From Arenicella sp. (GTDB lineage: Bacteria > Pseudomonadota > Gammaproteobacteria > Arenicellales > Arenicellaceae), in the NCBI GenBank assembly GCA_965230315.1, contig CBDDKT010000002.1, forward strand, positions 2,476,493-2,500,492: a DNA stretch of 24,000 nt, read 5' to 3'. Each line of letters starts with the position of its first letter. Position 1 is the stretch's first letter. The notes beneath the pieces were generated by a model. The model saw nothing but the letters and a program-made list of their open reading frames with translations. It was not told where the DNA came from and ran no database searches. A program made the position numbers and the translations under genes. Below are positions 8,520 through 15,608 of this stretch, in pieces.

Positions 8520-10112
8520 CTATCCTTCATTGTCTCGACTGTAGATAAGAGAATTAAGTAATCCTCTAGCTTCTAGTCCAAACTGGTGGTCATAAAGCTC
8601 TAAAATTTCTTCGTATGAGAGGCCTTTCGCAACTTCTTTATTCAGAATACTATGAAAACCCGAGTCGCTGGCTTCTAGCTTAAAAACATCATGTGTCAAC
8701 AATCCAACATTTTCACCAAAGGTTTCTCTTTCGGGACGTTCAGCTGTCAACTCAAGCTGTTGCCGTCGCAGCATCCAAACACAACTTTTAGGAACCTCTT
8801 GTAAAACCACGGGGGAATGTGTAGCGATTAATGCAACGCCATTGCGGTCCATCAATAAATCTGAAAGAGCACGAATGAACGCCGATAGTAAAGGAGGATG
8901 CAAATGGCTTTCTGGCTCATCTATCAATATTAAGGTCTTCTCTTCTACGCTCTCGATAATTCGCGTTATCGATAATAGGACGGCTCCATGTCCGGAGCTC
9001 ATTAGCCTAAAAAGGCGGATTGCCTCTTGTTCACGCTTTTTAGATTTGAGTCCTAGTAGGCCTTTAAGATCCATTTGAGCAAAATTGTTATCCGTCTCCA
9101 ATGTGGAGATAGCGGCTTCCCATCTGGATTTTTTAGTGTCAGAACTAAAACACCCTGTTAAGCCATTGGCAAATTCAAATGCTAGGTCTTCCGGTCCTTT
9201 AAGTGCGCTAGAAATCTTAAGCTGGCTTGGCTCCTCTAAATCTTTGTCGAATTGGTCGTCTTCGGCTGCGCGTTTCTTCAAACCTATGTACGTGTAACTA
9301 ACACCTCCTTGATCTTTTTTTCTATCTGGAGGAGGCACAGAGTTATCAAAGGCACTAAATGCAACAGAGATAACCCCTGTGAAATAATCATCATCAACGA
9401 CATTTATTGATCTTCGAAAGGCTGCATATTCGTAAAAACCTCCATTTTCTGAGACATCACTTTCTAAACTCACTAGGCTATTTATCATTCCATTCAAAAG
9501 GGTTGTTTTACCAATTCCATTGCGTCCAATTATTGCGTGCATATTGGTGGGAGGCTTCGAATCTGGAGTCACTTCAAAATCTAATTCAACTCCAGAATAT
9601 CTCTCGTTAGCAGCCTTTCGATAGCAGAATTTGTATTCAGTTAACGCTGCCCCTCCATCAAGAACCCTTTTAAACTGTACTTTAATAGCTGCATAACTGA
9701 TTCCCCTTGTAATCGAAGTTTTGAAAACATCCTCCTTTAACAGTTGGTCAGTTGCACCGCCTCTGTGCGCAACATCATGCAATCCAACCAATATTTTTTT
9801 AGCTAACTCATCCGAGAGCTTTTGTTTAATATCACTGTAGTAAGAGACATCTTGACCCAGAGAAAAATACTTACGATCCAGTGAGTCGAATTGCTCTGGC
9901 ATTTCATCACAAGTAGCGGCACCAGTCTCTTGCCCTAAAAATCCTATTTTTACCTGACGGAGGTTATGGCGCTCTCCACTCTTATCAAAAACAATCATTG
10001 CAAACTGCGTTTGAAAACCAAAATCGTCCCATCTATCGATCACCAAATAAACTATTTCCTGACCAGCTGGCGGACTAAATCCTTTTTTACGTACTACATT
10101 AAATAGCTTCAT
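8520..10112 (-). CDS. ABC-type (AAA_15/AAA_21-like) ATPase with ~190-aa unknown N-terminal domain, PtuA-like core
   Basis: 530 aa. Walker A GRNGIGKTT at about residue 195, signature-like MSSGHG, Walker B/D-loop LILIDEPESHLHP, H-loop ATHSP. The N-terminal IDRWDDFGFQTQF... domain is unassigned. Confidence 0.8.
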   Translation of the reverse strand: MKLFNVVRKKGFSPPAGQEIVYLVIDRWDDFGFQTQFAMIVFDKSGERHNLRQVKIGFLGQETGAATCDEMPEQFDSLDRKYFSLGQDVSYYSDIKQKLSDELAKKILVGLHDVAHRGGATDQLLKEDVFKTSITRGISYAAIKVQFKRVLDGGAALTEYKFCYRKAANERYSGVELDFEVTPDSKPPTNMHAIIGRNGIGKTTLLNGMINSLVSLESDVSENGGFYEYAAFRRSINVVDDDYFTGVISVAFSAFDNSVPPPDRKKDQGGVSYTYIGLKKRAAEDDQFDKDLEEPSQLKISSALKGPEDLAFEFANGLTGCFSSDTKKSRWEAAISTLETDNNFAQMDLKGLLGLKSKKREQEAIRLFRLMSSGHGAVLLSITRIIESVEEKTLILIDEPESHLHPPLLSAFIRALSDLLMDRNGVALIATHSPVVLQEVPKSCVWMLRRQQLELTAERPERETFGENVGLLTHDVFKLEASDSGFHSILNKEVAKGLSYEEILELYDHQFGLEARGLLNSLIYSRDNEG

Positions 10113-10116
10113 TTGC

Positions 10117-11163
10117 TCACTTCGTTTTTTTGAATGGAATCAGCTCAAGTGTATTTATGCTACTGGGAACCACACTCAATACTTTATAGCTTTTATCATT
10201 TCGGCCCCTTCTCTCTACCTCTTCAATACGCCCATAGAAATGACACCATAGGTAGTTGCTAAAATCTTCGTCAAGGTACGCTGCTTTGATCGACTCAGCG
10301 AGCACATGGGCTGCTGGGCTTTCATCGAACATTTTCTTGGTTATATATAAAGTAGGGGCGCTTGTTGTATCGCCTACTGTGACTTTTTGGTAAAACTTTA
10401 AAACTATGCCACTAGGCAAACCTTGGGCAAAGTCAAAGTCCTTGGGGTAGACCTTATCGACTTTCACACTACCGAAATAAATGTGCTCACTAGCTTTAGT
10501 ATCGTCGTACCATTCCAATTTTTTAAAAAATTGCCCGTAGGTATTTGCGCGACACCCTTCAACTTTCAGCGGTGTGTCCCATAACTTTTGCCGACTAATT
10601 TCGAGATAGTTCGAGACCAACTCACTAAAAGAGGCGGAGGTATACCCTCTTTCAATACTGCTTATCGCTTTTTTAATTCTAGCTGATCGATTCGATGCTT
10701 TAAGTTTAGGCGTATCTATTCCCTTTTCGACTGGTTTACTTGACTCCTCAGTATGCGACTTTTTCGACTTAGTACGACTTAGAAACGTCGATACTTCGAT
10801 ATAATTTTGTTCAGTAGTGCGCCGATGCCTGTTCTTTTTTTCCTTTTTGGAATCGCCTTGATCGATGTACTCACGTCTTGCTTCTTCCTCGATAACCCAG
10901 CGGCAATCCTCTGAATGGCTACCTTTATCTTTACTTCTAAAATGTGCCTGAACATAGTTTTCGTCATCTGTGATTAACTTATCGTAGTTCACACCGACAA
11001 TTTTTACGTCAAGGTCGCCTTGGCATTCAGGCGACGAACATGAAAACGTGAATCTAGTTCTGGGAATGTCTTGACGAAAGTATTCGTTACGCGCTTGGCT
11101 GATATCGATACTGCGACCAAGTTCATGACAAAATGCTTTTTCTATATTCAAACGATCCCCCAA
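10117..11163 (-). CDS. Unknown protein: N-terminal Cys/His zinc-ribbon-like region, basic linker, unassigned C-terminal domain
   Basis: 348-aa ORF with no in-frame ATG near the 5' end. TTG at 11163 or, more likely, TTG at 11151, which has GGGGGA 4 nt upstream. Motifs FCHE, CSSPEC and HF-x7-H-x3-C. K/R/S-rich segment at about residues 100-165. 4-nt gap to the ATPase gene. Confidence 0.65.
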   Translation of the reverse strand: MGDRLNIEKAFCHELGRSIDISQARNEYFRQDIPRTRFTFSCSSPECQGDLDVKIVGVNYDKLITDDENYVQAHFRSKDKGSHSEDCRWVIEEEARREYIDQGDSKKEKKNRHRRTTEQNYIEVSTFLSRTKSKKSHTEESSKPVEKGIDTPKLKASNRSARIKKAISSIERGYTSASFSELVSNYLEISRQKLWDTPLKVEGCRANTYGQFFKKLEWYDDTKASEHIYFGSVKVDKVYPKDFDFAQGLPSGIVLKFYQKVTVGDTTSAPTLYITKKMFDESPAAHVLAESIKAAYLDEDFSNYLWCHFYGRIEEVERRGRNDKSYKVLSVVPSSINTLELIPFKKTK

Positions 11164-11177
11164 TCTGGTTCAGTTCT

Positions 11178-11206
11178 ACAATACTTCACTCTTTAAATGC
11201 TGACAA
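11178..11206 (-). promoter_or_regulatory. Sigma70-like promoter for the three-gene operon
   Basis: On the minus strand: TTGTCA (11206-11201), 17-nt spacer, TATTGT (11183-11178). Sits just upstream of the GGGGGA/TTG start region. Confidence 0.4.
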
Positions 11207-11297
11207 GAAAAGTATTATGCAGTTGCTCGATTGTGCGTAAAAGTTGTGCGTTAACTCCGCAGGAGTTATCCATGACTTTTTCCACATGAGAGCTGTA

Positions 11298-11396
11298 GTA
11301 CTTATCCACAGATTTTCACTTCATGGCATAGCCATTAAAAAGGATCATCCAAAAGATCCGTTCATTGCTGAGAAGGGAAAATCTGTGGGTAAGTAC
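11298..11396. repeat. 19-nt inverted repeat pair (1 mismatch) flanking 61 nt, each arm containing a DnaA-box-like 9-mer
   Basis: GTACTTATCCACAGATTTT (11298-11316) versus AAAATCTGTGGGTAAGTAC (11378-11396). The interior has hairpins atggc-ata-gccat and ggatc-N8-gatcc. Confidence 0.8.
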
Positions 11397-11420
11397 GAAC
11401 GAGAAATGTAAGGAGTATCG

Positions 11421-12305
11421 CTAACCCAAATAGTGACGGGTAATGTCAATTCGTGAGTGCCCCAATTCTCCAGAGAGAATTAGCCGAGCTTTTTCGTCTA
11501 GAGCTTTCTCATTTTCATCGAGCTGACCTCTACTCTTACCACCAAGACGCGGCGGCTTCATCCCATTTGTAAGTTCGAGGTAACGTTGTTGGGCGTAGTG
11601 ATAACGCAAACCATGTGTTGGAGGCACTTGAGAGCCGGCCAATATGTAATTTCGATGCGACAGGTATTGATCGTAATTCATTCTTGATGGAATCAAACTT
11701 CGCTTGGGTGCATACGCACGAATTTCCTCAAGCAATACTCTCTGCCGATCATTCAGAATTGGAATACTTCGAGCTCGGCCACCCTTTGTCCAAGATGCCA
11801 CCAATCTTATATGGTCATCATGCTCGGCTTTAGAGAGCGTAAATTTTGCTGCCTCTTCTCGGCGAAGCCCAAACTCTTCTTGCAGGCGCGCACTCAAATT
11901 CAAGTAACGTGGCAAGTCTTCTTTTTGTTCATCGGTTAGTTGAAACGCTTTATCGGTTGCGGGTAACCGTTGGCGATTATTAATACCAAGATCTTTGTTT
12001 CTTCTTGGAATGATATTCTGTTTGCCAATTTTTTCAGCCCACCACCTCAATGCTGACATACGGTTTTTAATTGTGCCGTTTGAAACAGTCTTGCCGGTGT
12101 GCTCTGAAACAGTTGATTGCCAATATCGAACCAATGCCCAGATGTGTTTAGTCTTTAACGATGAGACAGTCATATTTTTAAAACCAAGATCATCGAGCTG
12201 CTTAGCAATAAGTTGCAGCGAGCGATTCCTCTCAGCCCTAGTCCCGTAACTGCCGTCCCGGTTTTTATTGACCATTTTTCTTAAACCATAGTTTAGTTTT
12301 TTCAT
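11421..12305 (-). CDS. Tyrosine recombinase / integrase-family protein
   Basis: Start chosen at MKKLNYGL (ATG 12305). Catalytic pattern TKGGRARSIP (Arg), HGLRYHY (H-x-x-R), LGHSRIDITRHY (His...Tyr). The N-terminal region resembles the Integrase_1-type N-domain (from memory). Confidence 0.8.
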   Translation of the reverse strand: MKKLNYGLRKMVNKNRDGSYGTRAERNRSLQLIAKQLDDLGFKNMTVSSLKTKHIWALVRYWQSTVSEHTGKTVSNGTIKNRMSALRWWAEKIGKQNIIPRRNKDLGINNRQRLPATDKAFQLTDEQKEDLPRYLNLSARLQEEFGLRREEAAKFTLSKAEHDDHIRLVASWTKGGRARSIPILNDRQRVLLEEIRAYAPKRSLIPSRMNYDQYLSHRNYILAGSQVPPTHGLRYHYAQQRYLELTNGMKPPRLGGKSRGQLDENEKALDEKARLILSGELGHSRIDITRHYLG

Positions 12306-12817
12306 AACGAATCTCAAATTGGTTAGTGTTAATCCCGTCTCAATACGCAAGGTATTGATGGTTACGCGGGAAATTTATGTCGCTCGTTACACGACAGCCC
12401 TAAGGCTCGTTATGATTCGAAAAGTCATAACGTATTGCTAAGTAAAACCCGTATATGGATAAATCATAATTACCTCCTTTTGGATTTCGGATTGAATAGA
12501 AATACACCATCCACTTTCGCAAGAAAATGATGCACAGATAGGCTCCACGAAAAGAGCTGGTTAGACTCTTCATTACAGAAGATGAATGAATAGATGGATG
12601 AATTCGATTACTCGAATTAAACCGATAAGAAAACTATTTGGGAATAAATGCCACAATCAGAGTTGACTGAGACGAGTTGGAAAAATCGCTAATAAGCGGA
12701 GTTAAAAATCGATTCGAGTAATAGCTCATCGCTTTTTTCGAAACTGTGAGACGAGCAAGATGCTGCTTATTTGTCTACGTATTCACTGTAGCATAAGAAA
12801 ATTTGTGTTGAAAGTTT

Positions 12818-12854
12818 ATGATACAGAATAGTCTTTCCGTCATGTCTGTATCAT
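12818..12854. repeat. Hairpin, 10-bp perfect stem (atgatacaga/tctgtatcat), 17-nt loop
   Basis: Read directly from the sequence; lies in a 700-nt region with no ORF of 60 aa or more. Confidence 0.7.
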
Positions 12855-12895
12855 GCGCCGGAACGGCTGCAATGAGGCCAAGGAACGGACGTCGC

Positions 12896-12938
12896 AAGCC
12901 TCGTCATTGTTCGCTACGCATTAACAATGACGAGGCTT
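12896..12938. repeat. Hairpin, 16-bp perfect stem (aagcctcgtcattgtt/aacaatgacgaggctt), 11-nt loop
   Basis: Read directly from the sequence. Followed on plus by only TTTC, so it is not a canonical terminator on either strand. Confidence 0.75.
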
Positions 12939-12991
12939 TCTGCGCGTTGACGATTCTCAAGTTAGTTTGATTTTCTTTGTTTATGAGCGAT

Positions 12992-13020
12992 AAAAAAGCC
13001 GCGATAAATCGCCGCTTTTT
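12992..13020 (-). terminator. Bidirectional-type rho-independent terminator after the PFL_4669-like gene
   Basis: A6-agccgcga-taaa-tcgccgct-T5. On the minus strand the stem (1 mismatch) is followed by T6. Lies 39 nt downstream of the stop at 13059. Confidence 0.65.
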
Positions 13021-13058
13021 AAAAACCACGGGTTCGTTAACATCGATATTTTTCTATG

Positions 13059-13727
13059 TCACAACCCCAGTTCGCTGATCCTTTTATGCTTAAACGAAAC
13101 TTCGCCAGATAATATTTTGTCGTTCGGCATTCCTAATTTATCAATCATTGTTTTGGCTTTCGCTGTCTTTTTAATAATGTCATCACGCGTCAAATTAGGC
13201 TCAATTTTCTTAGCGTAAGAACTCGATCGATCAAAAATCATTCTGACTTTCCGACGAAGACTTTTGATCATTTCGGTTGCAAGCTCTGCTTCCAAATAGC
13301 CACCAGAATGAGCTGTTCTGATATACCGAAAAGCAAGATCTACTTGAAGCATCATCTTGGCTAAAAGATTACTGTATTCCGTCGAATATGATATCTCATG
13401 TGTGATCGGCTTATTACGAGTCAATAGTGCTATTTTCATGCCTTCTTGTTCTGCTACGTCGAGCCCAATCTTAGCTTTCGCAATGTATTGATCGGTTATA
13501 TCTCGGACTTCATCGAAGCGTAAATCCATCTCCATCAGAGCAGCTTCCGCATAGGGATTCTCCTTCATTCCCATCGCAAAGAGAGCATTTAATTTTTTCT
13601 GGGCAAAGAAAAACCCCGGAATGAACTGCTTGGTTCGAGTTCCGCCTTTGAATAATAAATCAGCGTCGCTACTGTGAAGCGTAAGAACTATCTTGCTTAG
13701 AAACATGACTATTTTCCATTGAATCAT
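13059..13727 (-). CDS. ICE protein, PFL_4669/TIGR03761-like
   Basis: 222 aa. The N-terminal VLTLHSSDADLLFKGG matches the remembered LTLHT..A..LW.G signature of this family. Either candidate start (13727 or 13706) overlaps the upstream gene. Confidence 0.6.
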   Translation of the reverse strand: MIQWKIVMFLSKIVLTLHSSDADLLFKGGTRTKQFIPGFFFAQKKLNALFAMGMKENPYAEAALMEMDLRFDEVRDITDQYIAKAKIGLDVAEQEGMKIALLTRNKPITHEISYSTEYSNLLAKMMLQVDLAFRYIRTAHSGGYLEAELATEMIKSLRRKVRMIFDRSSSYAKKIEPNLTRDDIIKKTAKAKTMIDKLGMPNDKILSGEVSFKHKRISELGL

Positions 13728-14241
13728 TCGACTTAGAGAGGTCTCTTACCACCATCCACACATCGTTTATTGGCACCTTCGAATAATGATGTGTTCTCAC
13801 CAACCGGACCACTCGATTACCTTTGAAACGTCTCCATGCATCGATAATAAATTGACGATCACCGGCATCCAGTTGAGTAGGTCTACCTTGCCCTGGCAGC
13901 TCCGAATCCATGATTTTTCGCTTTGATACGATCTTAGTTTGATGCACGCCAGTTAATTCACTGATTACATTTTTTGAGGCTCCAAACTGAATTAAGACGC
14001 CGACTTCATCTTCTACTATTTCACTGGTAAATGCGGCTTTGACTCTGTTCTTGAATGCCTTCATATCGACAACAATACTAAGGCGCCCATCTTGACAGTT
14101 GATCTCGGCATTTTTAACCATGTCGGCCATGAGTCGATCGAGGACATTCGCGGGCAATCCTTGCATTGAATTTAGAAAAGGGTCACGACTGTGCTCTAGA
14201 AACATATTGAACACGTCGATCATCGAGGTTGGATTAGTCAT
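13669..14241 (-). CDS. DUF2857-like ICE protein
   Basis: 190 aa. QFGASKNVISELTGVHQTKIVSKRKIM....GQGRP...D......IIDAWRRF fits the DUF2857 pattern (LGAS..M....FG....V..RR......GR.......LW..W). GGAG 11 nt upstream of the ATG. Confidence 0.6.
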   Translation of the reverse strand: MTNPTSMIDVFNMFLEHSRDPFLNSMQGLPANVLDRLMADMVKNAEINCQDGRLSIVVDMKAFKNRVKAAFTSEIVEDEVGVLIQFGASKNVISELTGVHQTKIVSKRKIMDSELPGQGRPTQLDAGDRQFIIDAWRRFKGNRVVRLVRTHHYSKVPINDVWMVVRDLSKSNDSMENSHVSKQDSSYASQ

Positions 14242-14330
14242 GGCTAAGTATCTCCGTTATAAAACCGTGAATCGCAAAACCCATATGACCATTCCCAATA
14301 GCGAACACTAATTTGGTGGAGAAGAACATT

Positions 14331-15608
14331 CTATCGCTGGTCTGAAAATAGGTCTTTTAAGCCCATCTTCTCTGACGTGTTATTTGGAAGTTGGGATTTC
14401 TCCCGTGACTCAGGTTGAGCCTCCAATTGTGCCGCTGAATGTTCTTCGGCTGTTCCCCTATCAGTATCGCTTATCGCGACATTCCGTTGCAGTGTGCTTC
14501 TTTGTATTCGCTTACGATCACTTGGCTGATAGTAAGGAACTGCTTTATAACTTAACGCTACCATATTACGTAATTCTATGGCCACACATTCTTGACTATC
14601 GTCTATTATATTTTCGTTAGCCTTTACGGTGTATATGGCGGTCCTATCGAGTTGTTTTCCGAGTTCAAATACTTGACTCAACATCGCTTCAAATACTTTT
14701 TTACCGAGTGGGCGATTCTCACTGATCGCATATCCTCGATGCAGTTCCCATAGAAAATTTCTGTCTATGAGTAGATAAGATGTTCCTTCAAATACGAATG
14801 CGTCTTTCGAATTTTTAGAGAATGTGTTTTGCTCGATTAGGGTCAGTACGACCTTCATGGTTTGTTGAAAGACACTTGCCGCGTTCAATCGTTCTCCATT
14901 CACATGACTTTCTACTTGCTCAATAATTGAATAAAAGGGATTGATCCTCTCCTGATAGAAGCCTGAAACACTGTTCAAAATAAAAGGGTATATGCCAGCC
15001 TTTGAAAATCGCTCGATGGTTTGAGGAGATAAAACTTTATCGATGAGGTGGATGTTTAAGCTGTTAGAGCGAAAGCAACTGCGTCCACCACCGCCGCTTT
15101 TATCACATTCCGAAATGTCGTTTAGAGTCAGTAGAAAAGGACTGACAGCAATGCCCGCTCTCTTAAATTCAAATGCCTGATAGCGCTTAATGATATGCCT
15201 GATTGAGAGTGCGCAAAATATCGCAAATGTCCAAAGCGCTTTCGTTTCTTGGTCTTTCTCCGATGACCCGAACTCAAATATTGACGCTCTTCGTTTGCGC
15301 AGTGCCTTATAAATTGTTTCAAAATAATGGCGATCTAAAACTTCGCCGAGGACTCGCTCATAGTCCTCGACCTTCTGAATGACCGGACTATAAAATGTTT
15401 GAAACTCATCTTTTTCAATCAATGCGATTTGGCGAATACTTTCCTCAATAGGTGTTCGGTGCACTCCCATGTCGCTGTCGTTAGCATCTAGACTCAGCGG
15501 TTGCGCTTGATGCTTGTTCGCAACGCTCATGCGATTCCAGATAAATACTCCAGCCACAATGACGACGCCAATCAGAACACCAACCCATGATTCGCCTAAG
15601 GATTTCAT
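14331..15608 (-). CDS. Membrane-anchored ICE protein, unknown (possible degenerate MobH/TraI_2-like domain)
   Basis: 425 aa with N-terminal TM helix WVGVLIGVVIVAGVFIW. FQTFYSPVIQKVEDY...LDRHYFE...ALWTFAIFCALSIRHIIKR loosely parallels F..L..PVIERYA...H.LE...W....F.LLHDVGK of MobH relaxases, but without the HD residues. Confidence 0.55.
   Translation of the reverse strand: MKSLGESWVGVLIGVVIVAGVFIWNRMSVANKHQAQPLSLDANDSDMGVHRTPIEESIRQIALIEKDEFQTFYSPVIQKVEDYERVLGEVLDRHYFETIYKALRKRRASIFEFGSSEKDQETKALWTFAIFCALSIRHIIKRYQAFEFKRAGIAVSPFLLTLNDISECDKSGGGGRSCFRSNSLNIHLIDKVLSPQTIERFSKAGIYPFILNSVSGFYQERINPFYSIIEQVESHVNGERLNAASVFQQTMKVVLTLIEQNTFSKNSKDAFVFEGTSYLLIDRNFLWELHRGYAISENRPLGKKVFEAMLSQVFELGKQLDRTAIYTVKANENIIDDSQECVAIELRNMVALSYKAVPYYQPSDRKRIQRSTLQRNVAISDTDRGTAEEHSAAQLEAQPESREKSQLPNNTSEKMGLKDLFSDQR

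Noticed and set aside
10117-11163. Gene 1 of the three-gene operon as a diverged retron reverse transcriptase (size about 350 aa, position before a PtuA/PtuB-like pair, WYDD tetrapeptide)
   Set aside because: There is no Y-x-DD box (WYDD lacks the spacer residue). There is no NAxxH, LPQG..SP or VTG motif, and the candidate fragments are in the wrong order. The N terminus is a Cys/His ribbon, not an RT finger domain.
11266-11396. DnaA-box cluster as a chromosomal oriC
   Set aside because: There are no flanking dnaA/dnaN/gidA-type genes and no AT-rich 13-mer unwinding repeats, and the context is ICE cargo. I kept it only as a possible regulatory or module-level site.
12306-12350. 15-codon N-terminal extension of the recombinase ORF
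   Set aside because: The MKKLNYG start is more consistent with the family N terminus. This choice is uncertain, and either start is possible.
12860-12940. Resemblance of ggacgtcgcaagcc to the GGACGCAAAGCC core of c-di-GMP-I (GEMM-I) riboswitches
   Set aside because: The match has an insertion. There is no GGCAAAC tetraloop/receptor partner or P1 pairing that I could build, and no downstream gene in the right orientation.
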